A DNA stretch of 62,527 nt, filler included, from Porpidia crustulata (taxonomy: Eukaryota): the NCBI GenBank assembly GCA_964255105.1. It is 9 parts of 9 records of this genome, joined end to end, with 100 filler letters (N's around TTAATTAATTAA, not from the genome) between each part and the next. Parts side by side here need not be neighbours in the genome. Positions count along the whole stretch, not along the records: positions 20,915 to 27,777 come from CAXUWE010001439.1; positions 27,878 to 34,737 come from CAXUWE010001440.1; positions 34,838 to 41,693 come from CAXUWE010001441.1; 6 more parts are not named here. One strand, given 5' to 3'. The translations under genes and the position numbers were made by a program. A model generated the notes under the pieces. That model saw only the letters and a list, made by a program, of their open reading frames with translations. It did no database searches and was not told the origin of the DNA. Shown here piece after piece: positions 24,158 through 35,169 of this stretch (its first letter is position 1; each line of letters begins with the position of its first letter).

Positions 24158-27100
24158 ATGCGCAACAAACAGAAAAATCAATTGCGTTTGCCCTTGGCCC
24201 ACCGCCCGAGGAACACTTTATCATCCACTCAAACACCGGCTTTTGCATTCGAGCCCGCGTTGCAGCTACCGCAGCACAAATCCGAAAGCCGTACCTTTCG
24301 TGTACCGAGTCCAACCGATAGCGACGAGGAAGAGCTTCGGCTTTACGAGCAATTCGCTCCGCACGACGATACCGTTTCTGAGCTTGGCAATTCAACTTTG
24401 CTCTTCTCAACCCCTACATCTGTGGGAATAACGGAAACTTCTACTCAGGTTACACCACAGAGAGCTCCGTTTTGCTTTGTTGGATCGGGCCCAACGAGCG
24501 ACTTTACTTTCACCTTGTCTCCGCCATCTGGAAGCGGTTCGACATACACCTCGGCACGCTCGAGATTCGGATATATCAGCGCTCCAACAGAGCTACCGCA
24601 GCAGGAGAAAAGCATAATGGTAGTTGAACGAGAGCCACCGAAAGCTCCTCCAACATCCCAAAGACCAGTGCCGCCGCCCCCCTTTGGAGACGTTCAGCCC
24701 AAGGCTCCTCCAACACCCCAGAGACCACTACAGCCAGATTTTGGGGTTATCCAGCAACCTGAATTTGGTAAAACTAGCCCGTTGCATAACCGCCTCCATA
24801 CAGACAGTGTATTCAACGTCCCGAAGTCCAACCATGCGCGTCCTGAACACCACAGGTCAACCAAAGCACCCGGTAACACGGATCAGCCGCGAGTGAATGA
24901 ACCATCATTCCGAACCATTCAACCTTCTGCTTTCCGGCAGCCAAATCACCCTCGACTGGATACCGCGCCGAGACCCGCCCCAAAGGATTACTCTGGGGTT
25001 GTCGAGATTCCGAGACCGGTGAACCATCCTGCTTGGGCTACTAAGGCTCCCCTTCAACCGAGCTTTTCATCGTTTGGTAATGCCTACAACAGCCCAAATG
25101 TTATCGGACCCTTTGGCGTGAATCGCTTCACGCCGGCGAATCAATACCAGAAACCTTCCAATTTTGTAGATCTTGCTCAGCCCCAGGAAAATATGATTCC
25201 TGATAGCGTAATCTTTGGCAGCGAGTTTGGTGCAGCAGATCCATACAACTATGTCGAGGCCGGACAAGCAACAGAAAATATCAAAGCATTATTGGAAGGT
25301 GCCTTTGAAGATGAAGAAGAGAAGCCGCGGACCCGAGGGCGGAAAAAGAAAGTCGAAGCCGCTGTTGCTAATTTGACTGATGAATTGAAAGACCTTGGAG
25401 TTCAAGCGGATCAGAAGGCTGAGACGAAGGAGGAAATAGATGAAGATGAAGACAAACTCGACGATGGTACCGTCGAAGGTCTCAAGGTTAAATTACTCCC
25501 TCATCAGGTTGATGGTGTTGATTGGATGAGAGAAAAAGAGACTGGCGTCAAAAAAAAGAACGGGGTGTTGCCAAAAGGTGGAATCCTAGCTGATGATGTA
25601 AGCTGCCTTTTCCGATCCTGCCGGCTATCATTAACATTCGGTAGATGGGACTTGGGAAGACTATTCAGTCCATTGCACTTATGCTTACCAATCCCCGACC
25701 TGCGATATCTTCCAGCACTGAGAAGAACAAAAAGGCGATATCCGACACGGTGGGGAAGGGAACTCTCGTAGTAGCGCCGCTCGCATTGATAAAACAGTGG
25801 GAGGCTGAGATCAAGAATCGAGTCGAAGATTCCCATACACTAAGGGTTTGTGTGCACCACGGTCCACAGCGTACGAAACGTTACGAGGATCTTCGAAAGT
25901 ATGATGTGGTCATTACCACGTATCAGATACTCGTTTCTGAGCATAGTAATTCCTTTGAGGGTGGTCCTTATGTAGGCTGTTTTGGCCTGCACTGGTATCG
26001 CGTGATTCTTGACGAAGCGCATACGATCAAGAACCGCAACGCCAAGGCAACGCAGGCTTGCTACGCGTTAATGTCCGAGTATCGATGGTGCTTGACAGGT
26101 ACGCCGATGCAGAACAACCTTGACGAGTTGCAAAGCCTTATTAAGTTCCTACGCATTAAACCCTACAATGATCTGTCGATCTGGAAAGACCAAATCACCA
26201 GGCCCATGGCCAATGGACGAGGCGGTGTTGCTATGAAGCGGCTTCAATTTTATCTCAAAGCCTTTATGAAGCGCCGGACAAAAGACGTCCTAAAGCAGGA
26301 AGGAGCACTAAATCCCGGTGGTAAGGCCGGTAGTAGTGGTTTAGGTCGTGGCTTCAAAATTGTCGCCCGAAACGTTGAGAACGTCGAAGCGGAGTTCACA
26401 CCCGAGGAGCGCAGATTCTACGATCGACTTGAGCAACGTGCTGATGAAAGCTTAGAGCAAATGATGGGAGGTCAGAAGATGAATTACGCTAGTGCATTGG
26501 TATTGTTGCTGCGTCTGCGGCAGGCTTGCAACCACCCAAACCTTGTAGGTGGGAGTATGGCAAATGATAAGGACGCTCTTACCACTGGTGAGAACATGGC
26601 TTCTCAAACACCGCGTAAGTCAAGGGTGGTCGATAAAGACTTGGACGATATGGCAAATCTATTGGGTGGATTGAGCGTTGAGACGAAGATTTGCGATGTC
26701 TGTCAGATCGAGCTCGGAAGAGATAGGGTGGCTACTGGATCTCTGCGATGTACAGAATGTGACGAGAACCTAGCGGCAGGTCAGAAAGTGCAGAAATCAC
26801 GCAAGAGCCCAAACCAGCACAGATCCTCTGCGTCGTCACGTACAAACAAGTCCAAACCCGAAAGACCTAGGAACCGGCGAGCAGTCCTGGCTGACTCTGA
26901 CGACGAAGAAGGTGACTGGCTCGTACCCGAAGACCAAAGACATGCTCGTAGCCTTGGCATAGCTGGCGGGAGCGAGGACGAGAATGCAGAAGGAGGCGGT
27001 CAATCCCTAGCCTCTTCAGACACAGACACTGGCGACGAATCCTCAATCCAAGTCCTCGGATCACGCACCCACAACGTCGTCAACCTCGACACTATCTCCT

Positions 27101-27777
27101 CCCACGCCGCCAATACCACCTCCTCATCTGCACCACCCGAAGACGACTCGTCCATTGAAGACTCCGACAACGACGACGAACCTCCCACCTCATCCCCGAC
27201 CGCCTCCGCCAAAATCTCCCACCTCCTCACCATCCTCGAGCGCGAATCCGGCGCCCACAAGTTCATCGTCTTCTCCCAATTCACCTCCATGCTCGACCTG
27301 ATCGAGCCATTCCTGCGCGCCCGCCGGCTCATCTTCACCCGCTACGACGGCAGCATGCGCAACGACCATCGCGAAGCCAGCCTCGCGCGCCTGCGCAACG
27401 ACGCCGCGACCCGGGTGCTGCTGTGCAGTTTGAAGTGTGGCAGCCTTGGGCTAAATTTGACGGCGGCCAGCCGCGTCGTGATTCTGGAGCCGTTTTGGAA
27501 TCCTGTGAGTTGTACTTGCGCTTTTCCCCCCATTCCTTCTTCTCGTCTATACCATCATCCCCAAACAAAAATCTAACCACCCGACAGTTCGTCGAAGACC
27601 AAGCCATCGACCGCGTTCACCGCCTCAACCAGCCCGCCGACGTGACCGTCTACAAACTCACCGTCGCCCGCACCGTCGAGGCCCGCATCCTCGCGCTCCA
27701 GGCCAAGAAGCGCGCCCTCGCCGACGCCGCCATCGAGGGCAAGGCCGCGGTCGGGAAGTTGAGCATGCGGGATATTC
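24158..27777 (+). CDS. SNF2-family helicase (RAD5/RAD16/ULS1-like); 3' truncated, start uncertain
   Basis: [66 protein letters not shown] and [11 protein letters not shown]. Confidence 0.93.
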
Positions 27778-27877
27778 NNNNNNNNNNNNNNNNNNNNNNN
27801 NNNNNNNNNNNNNNNNNNNNNTTAATTAATTAANNNNNNNNNNNNNNNNNNNNNNNNNNNNNNNNNNNNNNNNNNNN

Positions 27878-28058
27878 CCTTGACCCTTTTCCCTAGGGTC
27901 ATTGACACGTGACCGTGATCCGTTCTAAGCGGTTACTAACATCAGGGTCCTGCCATGTTCTGACATCTACGCCGTAGATGCCTTACCGTTCTAAGCGGGT
28001 TCTAACATTTACACTCATCTATCATCACTTCATAGTCTATCTAACTTCATAGTCTATC
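27878..28058. repeat. Repeat-rich contig edge, possibly an LTR remnant
   Basis: Duplicated ~23-mer CCGTTCTAAGCGG(G)TT(A)CTAACAT near 27920 and 27986, short hairpins, and a 17-bp tandem CTTCATAGTCTATCTAA x2. Confidence 0.4.
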
Positions 28059-28548
28059 TAACTTCATAGATTTAATGCTTAGATACCTAGTAGTGCTACT
28101 ACACTACTGTCATGCGGTTCAATGGGTACGGATTTTCTTCTATGTTGAATTCAGCGTCGTCTGCAATCCGAAAGCTGAAACGGAAATAAAACAATGAAGT
28201 GCTGAGAGATTCTTCTTTGTTAGGTAATTTGGTTGAATTTCGAGGGATTGAAATGAGGATTTGATCAAGAATAGAAATGTTCTGGTAAATAAACTAAATT
28301 GTTCTTTCGATTCTTCAATCGATTAATGCCATCTTCAGTATCTTAAAAGACATAGATTTAGACTGATGCAACAGTCCTATGGATGGCGTGGATCGAATGT
28401 TAAATGAATTAGGGCTTCCCCGTTTTGAAAACGACGCTAGTGTGTTCAGGTTTTGATGTTATTCTAGAAGAGGAAACTCAGGCACTACAGCAGAGAAGAC
28501 ATATCCTAGAAGTTTGTATTAGCCATTGATTGCTGTGTATTGGTACAT

Positions 28549-31190
28549 ATGGAGAACGGAGCGGTAGTATTTGGTACTACGTAATCTCTGAATTGATTAA
28601 ATATATCATTGTCTGACCGCTACGAAGGACCTGTAAGCGCTGTCGCGGCACGGAAAGCCAAACAAGACGTTTTCGAAAGTCTTGCAACTATCTCACAGCA
28701 TGGATCATTACCAACAAACCGAGAAACAGATATCCAAAGTAGTACCCCTCGGACAAAAAAACGAAAGAAGGGGTCATACACACAAATTCGACAATCAGAT
28801 ACCGTGAAGCAAAATTCCAAAAATCAATGCAAGCTTGTAGACCCACCCGTAGCTCAAAGTTCCCAGAGTTTTGCTCAGTCTACTGGAAGTCGAAAGTCTC
28901 CCATGATTGTAGACCAAGAGGATACACCGTGTCACAGTGAAGATCATGATCAGATTCATGCCAGAAACATTTTGGTTGATAGGCACAGCAGCCAGGCCGA
29001 AGAGAGCGAAGCAGAAGACAGCGAGTAAGCCAGCAATGCCGTCATTTGGGGGGTGACACTGGAACAAAGCATTTAGTTCTGGCTCCGAAACCATAGTACG
29101 AAGTCAAGCACCGGACAAACAGTTATCGAACTTTGATCCAAGTCAAAGACCTGTCCTTGGGGAATCAACTATCGAATGGGCGATTCTCCTCTTTCCAGAG
29201 GACGTAGGTATTTCAGTAATCAAAGTCCTGATCGTTGATCAAGCCTGATGTTTCTGTGACAGAGTCTTACCTTGGTAGGCCAATATGACGTTTGGGTGAG
29301 GAAAGGAGCAATCGGCATTGCAGGCGCTATACTACATGCAAGCTCAAGGCTGCACAGAGTATACGCACCATCGACACATTCGCTTCCATCCATTCGTCCT
29401 ATCCCGAATCCTTATGGACCACAGAACTTGCCTACAGAAATAACCATCACCTCGTGCGACAGTCGTATCCGCTTATTAAAACAGCTCTCACAGAAATTTG
29501 ACCGGATATGGAACCACAAATATGTTCCTACCAATACTAATGCAGAAGCTTCTAATCGGCTGCGGTCTTTCGTCTGTGTAAGCCAAAGCAGTACATTCAA
29601 AGCTACTGAAATCATACTGAATTCCCACAGTTAAGTTCTTCGAGAGAAGATCTACACAATCGGCCTCTGCACGCCATCGAGCCACCACTTGACTGGGCTG
29701 TGACAATAGCCAAGTTGGTCTCAGTAAAAGCCCCCCGGCCAATAGCTGTCTTAATATGTGGGCCAAAAAACTCTGGAAAGTCTACATTCGGCCGCATGTT
29801 GGCCAATGCTCTACTCACCAAGATCAATGGAAGTTTTCAAGTAGCATTACTAGATCTTGATCCGGGTCAGCCAGAGTTTTCACCTCCAGGCGAGATATCG
29901 CTTATTCGGCTACTTTCGTGCAACTTTGGGCCCCCTTTCAGCCACCCCACGCCAGCATTCTCGAGAGGTGATCATTTGATCAGGGCTCATCATATAGGTG
30001 CAGTGACACCTAAGGACGACCCTGATCACTATGTGAGGTGCGCCCTGGATCTATGGGGCCATTACAGGCGGATGTTGGAGCTGCACCCTTCATGCCCGCT
30101 TATCGTTAATTGCTCTGGATGGGTCCAAGGGACCGGCTTGGAAGTGCTACAAGAGCTCATATGCTGTATGAACCTTACTAACGTTATATACACGAGTATG
30201 AGCGGGCCAACCGAGGTTATAGAAACGTTAGTGAAAACAGCCCACAGCGCAAAATCGGAACTGCACATTCTGCCATCCCAGCCTTCTAATATCGCAACTC
30301 GGACCGCGGCAGATCTTCGGATGATGCAGACACTCTCATATTTCCATCTTGATGAGCCTGAGGGTGGCAACCTCCGCTGGAACCCGGCTCCCCTGACTGA
30401 AATAGCCCCGCTGACTGTTCATTACGCTGGCTTTGCGCAAGCCATATATGGCATCATGGTCCTAGGAGAAAAGCAAGACGTGGATAACGTTATGACTATA
30501 CTGCTCGGATGCGTGGTTGCAGTGGTGATAATCGAAGACGATTTAGCTATTACTATGCACAGCGGCGCGAGCGATGATTTACCCATGGAAGACTCCGATG
30601 ACGACCAGAGCAAGGATGAACAAGCTACCGAAGGAATGCAGGGTTCCAGAATAAGCTCAGATGTTCGAACAGATTCACAATATCGTGCTCGAGTAGATCT
30701 ATCAGGCGACAGCGACTCAGACACTTACCTTCATCACGATTTCATCTCTCGTACTCCCGAAGGTCTTCCATATCTATGTACAAAGACCGGCCTATCCACT
30801 CCGCTAGACCCCTCCAAATCTCGATCGCTCGGCCAAGCCTTGGTCCGAGGGATCGACAGCACGAACAAAACACTTCAACTCATTACCCCCATACCGGTTT
30901 CAACCCTCCAAGCTCTGCACCAACAGAAATTCAAAATCGTCCTCGTGCGAGGGAAATTAGACACACCCACCTGGGCGTACCGGGAGGAGCTGGTCGCCAG
31001 CGTGGCGAGGAGAAAAAGGAGGAAAGATGAGAATGGAGAACCACAGCGTCTGACGCCACACGAAATACGAGAATGGGCGGAGGGGATACCGTGGGCCCAC
31101 GTGGTTGACGGGCGGGAGGTGAAGGGTCCAGGAGCCAAGGTGTGGCGGATCAAACGACACCTTCGGAACAGAGGGGAAGGAAGCGAGTGA
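28549..31190 (+). CDS. GRC3: Polynucleotide 5'-hydroxyl kinase GRC3/NOL9 (start uncertain)
   Basis: PVSAVAARK N-terminus, RVYAPSTHSLP, Walker A GPKNSGKS, LDLDPGQPEFSPPG, LRMMQTLSYFH and GQALVRGID; several introns. Confidence 0.92.
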
Positions 31191-31258
31191 TTGAGCAGTA
31201 ATAATGCAGAGAATCGTCCAAAGATGCATGCTGCGCGTGGAAGACCTTAAATGCATGG

Positions 31259-31411
31259 TGTAGCTGGCGATATTATCTTCTGGACTTTTTCTACACTATA
31301 TTGCGATACCTAGTTATACATAGATCATAACACTGCGTCGTCGGTTAATGAACCAGTAAAAAAGTATAGACTGAACAATTCCATGTTCATTTCATGCCGA
31401 CAATGACAGAT
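31259..31411 (+). ncRNA. Candidate H/ACA snoRNA (predicted large-subunit rRNA target in GCAUGAA-U-GGAUUAAC)
   Basis: Hairpin, then ANANNA (AGATCA 31322 or ATAACA 31327), then hairpin, then ACA (31406). Pocket arms GTTAAT and TTCATGC; 15 nt from pocket to ACA. Confidence 0.5.
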
Positions 31412-31439
31412 GCCAAAGTCTGAACATCGACACATCCTG

Positions 31440-31456
31440 TAACCCTAGGGTTAGGG
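31440..31456. promoter_or_regulatory. Palindromic telobox/Tbf1-type element
   Basis: TAACCCTAGGGTTA (perfect 14-bp palindrome) followed by GGG. Confidence 0.45.
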
Positions 31457-32387
31457 CTCCCTCACCCACAGACCCCTTCCACACCTACCTCCGTAATCGC
31501 CCCACGCTCATTGGCTCCATCAAAGGGACAACGTCTCGAACATAAGCCGAGTAAGCACTAGGCAGATGGAAAGATGACGGGTTGACGGGCTGACGGGGAA
31601 GCAGGGAAGGCCAGTGCCGGAGTTGCAGAAACAGTAACGGGGGAAATCCTGGCTGTCTCACATGCAGGGTGCAGATTGGGAGTGCAGATTACGGCAGGGT
31701 AGGGCAAGGTAGAGTAAGGTAGGGTAAGCGGAGTGCATGACGGATTATGAATTTTCGGTGAGGACAGATTTTCGTATTTGCGGTGTTAATTCATAGCATT
31801 TGACAGTCACCAAAGGACGTCCGATCTACGTTGCGAGTCATCGCCATCGTCAACGTCATCGTCATTAAGATTTTGCGGCCGAGCGGACTGACCTCCGCGA
31901 GAAAGAGAGCCTTGTCGGTAGCTAATTTATTGGAGCGCATCCGGACCCGGGGGGGGGGGAAAACCGCCCCGAGGGGCGAGGCACACGAGCAATCATAATC
32001 AAAATTTATTCAACTCTACGGCAGTTTTTATTTTGACTTTTTAAGCCTCGGCGCTTTGATGGCTTGGATGCAAATTTGACATCTCGGTCTTGGAAAGATC
32101 CGCAACGATCCGATCGCGATATATAAACTTATAGGGTGTGCAGTGCAGGAAACCCAGCTGGTCGGGCGCGTCAGAGAGAATTTTTTTACCCACGACAGGA
32201 TTATATGTGTTGTTCGGGGTGTGCGCGTTGTTGACTGTTTGTTCACATGCTCCCCGCCCCCCCCCTTGATCGGAGGGAAAAAGACAACACACTTTGTCCT
32301 CCCTTTTAACCTCTGATGAACACAACATGTGGTGCCTGCGACAGCACGCGTGAGTGGGATAGTTGAGGGTGGGCTGCTGATCGAAGA

Positions 32388-33897
32388 ATGGATTTCACTG
32401 TAAGTGTCCATCGTGGGTGTGAGCGTTTTCGTGTGTGTGCGACGATGCGCTGCAAAAGGGGTGGTGCCTGGTCTGGCGCTGGCGCTCGCAGATCTGGTTG
32501 TGATGCCTTAGCGAAACCGCCGGATCGAGGGCACATCTGGCGCCAGCGATGCGCCCACGATCTTGCTTTAGCGGCACTGCGTACCCAAGACTTAGCTGAC
32601 CGTGTGCGCACCATCACAGCTCTCTCTCGCGCATTTCTGCGAAATCGACGGGCCGACGTCGATACTGTGCACGCAAGTGCTACCTGTGGCGTGTTTGAAC
32701 TGCTTTCCGCTGCCTTCGGTGTCGTCTAGTATTGGGGATTTGGCAGCTGCAGCGGACAATGAGCCAGCCGATGAAACTACGCGATCTTTTGATGGCGGTC
32801 CGATGGACGCTGCCTGGAGATCGCGTCGCTACTCCTTCAACTCGATAACATACAACGACCCTTCCCGCGCGCATCTAGATGATGCCGCCAGCCTACAATC
32901 GCCGACAAGCCCTACGAGCACCAGCAAGAGCTTCGAAAGGCTAAGACATAAGCCGTACGAGGTTCCGAGTGATGGGGGCGGATGTGTGAGCTGCACGATC
33001 AGTATACCTCAGACCGTAAGCTCGAAGCTGCCGTCTGGAGCTCCGGGGAGCCCCCGAGTAGATGGTATCGGTAGGAATGGGAGTCCTATTCTACGCTCTA
33101 AATGGGCAATTCCGGCTGCTCCAAGTCAGCATTGGACCTTTGATGGCGATGAAGAAGCCAACCTTCCACAATCATCACCAGAGTCGTTCGCCTCGGGAAC
33201 ATCAGGATCGTCAGATCATACACATACTCTCACCTACCTTTCAACATCTAGTCCGGTAGAGTCCGACACGTTCTCTTTGCTTCGAAGGGCTTGTATCCGA
33301 ACACTGTCATGCGAGCAGCTACCACGAGGCCTAACGTGCGGTCCTCTTTCTTTTGGTGACCCCATAGCCGGCTACACCATCGCCTACAAATTTCGACTGC
33401 CCGATCCACACGCTCGAGGTCGCCAAAGATACTATGCCCTTCTCGCTCTTGCTGGTCAAGACCCAGGACGGTCGTTCAAAGCCACGCCGGTCATATGGCG
33501 AGCATTTGAGCGCATCGCAGCAGGTATAACGGCCAACACCGAAAATGCCATTCTCAGAGACGGTATGATTGATGGCAAAGGCGAAAACAAGAACGTCACG
33601 CCTGTGTCTTCCTTCTTGACCGCACGTACGGTGGATCCGGACGGATATCTGCGCCGTAATGGTACCGCCAGCATGCGAGCGAGGGGCCTGGCGGAAATGG
33701 CTGGGGATGAACTTTTCTTTGCCAAACTCCACAAGGACTTTGTGCATCTGCTTCAGATCCTAGGACGGCAATTCGGCGGGATGAGGGTTGAAGCCCCTAT
33801 TCTGGATGGAGGTGTGAGAGGGGTGTATGACGAATCTCACGACGACGTGCCATATCGTGACGAACGTGAAGCCACGACGCTACACCACGCAGGATGA
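32388..33897 (+). CDS. LST7: Folliculin/Lst7 family protein
   Basis: MDFT, 220-nt intron (32400-32619), then LSLAHFCEIDGPTSILCTQ; LRRACIRTLSCE, FGDPIAGYTIAYKFRLPDPHARGRQRYYAL and ARGLAEMAG. Confidence 0.9.
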
Positions 33898-34389
33898 ACG
33901 TGGGATTTTCCCAGATGCTAGATCCGGTCCGGGAGACTTGCGGTCAAGCTCGGGAGCACCCGAGCGTCATCTAAGGGATCTGATCACCTGATAAGAGCTG
34001 CTGAAACGCTGCTAGAGGCACATTGCGGCGGATGAAGTTTTGTGTTTGCATTTCCAGAGCGATTTAGCGTTCGCTTTACATTTTTTTATAATGATACCCC
34101 GGTTTGAGTTGCATAGACATAGGGAGGAAAGGAATTAATTCTGAGTTGGTGTTTGAAGCAGAGGTATATAAGCGAGATGGGTTTTATTCGATGAATTTTT
34201 CCAATCCGTATTATCTTACTCTATGTGGAATCCGCAGTGATGTATATCACCCAATGTAAAAGTAGTCCCATCTCGGATGTGGGAGCGGAGCGGAATTCCA
34301 CCGCATTTGAAGCTTTTCGCATCCACCCGCACAAACTTCCTAAAAAAATTCCCACACTCACATCAACCCCAGGAAATCTCCAACGCGAC

Positions 34390-34560
34390 CATGGGCATAG
34401 CATTCGACTACGCTCCTGATCGCCCCGAACGTATCAATACCATCCTTAATGGCCTCGATAGATACGACCCGGAAACCACCGCGGTGTTTCAAGACTACGT
34501 GACGCAGCAATGCGAGGACAGGACATATGACTGCTATGCGAACCTCGCTCTACTCAAATT
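34390..34560 (+). CDS. EIF3K: Translation initiation factor 3 subunit K, first exon only
   Basis: [57 protein letters not shown], then a GTACGT donor. Confidence 0.9.
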
Positions 34561-34620
34561 GTACGTCGGACGAATTTCTTTCCATGCGCAAGATATTATA
34601 TGAGGGGAGGTATTAAAAGG

Positions 34621-34737
34621 AGATATGATGATCACCCAAACGTTTCCTATTACCTGACCGCGCTCGACCACTCAAGGGCTTTGAATCAGCCTGGTCTCTG
34701 CGAATGAAGTTATACCTTTATTAGCTCTATCTGATAC
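34621..34737 (+). ncRNA. Intronic box C/D snoRNA with a SNORD44-like 18S guide
   Basis: Box C ATGATGA 34625, D' CTGA 34654, C'-like ATGAAGT 34704, D CTGA 34731. Guide TATTAGCTCTA is complementary to 18S UAGAGCUAAUA. Lies in eIF3k intron 1. Confidence 0.85.
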
Positions 34738-35169
34738 NNNNNNNNNNNNNNNNNNNNNNNNNNNNNNNNNNNNNNNNNNNNTTAATTAATTAANNNNNNN
34801 NNNNNNNNNNNNNNNNNNNNNNNNNNNNNNNNNNNNNCGACGATATGTCGTGTCTGCGGAAACCCTTCCACCCCCCCTCCCCCTCCAATTAGGTATCCCT
34901 CGTCATTATTCTCTTTCCGGACAGAATATTTCATTACTCTGCAGTGTCACTGACTCCGTTAATCATTACTCTCGTTTATTCTCCATTCCTTTCTTTGACG
35001 CGCCTTCGCGTTTTAATCTGATCGTCGAAGTGCGCATGGCTTCTGGACGTCTCACAGCAGTCGCATTGAACGCCTAATGTAATATTGATCGCAGGTATTG
35101 AATGTCGCCCACCACGCTCGTTTCAATTCCGGGGTATCCTCCAGATCGATTGGAATCGGCAATTGCAAA

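Noticed and set aside
32313..32360. Hammerhead ribozyme core CTGATGA
   Set aside because: No stem II followed by GAAA, and no cleavage-site geometry.
31440..32387. Telomerase RNA (template-like TAACCCTA)
   Set aside because: The motif is a palindrome more like a DNA-binding site, the space is short for a filamentous-fungal TER, and no pseudoknot or CR4/5 could be identified.
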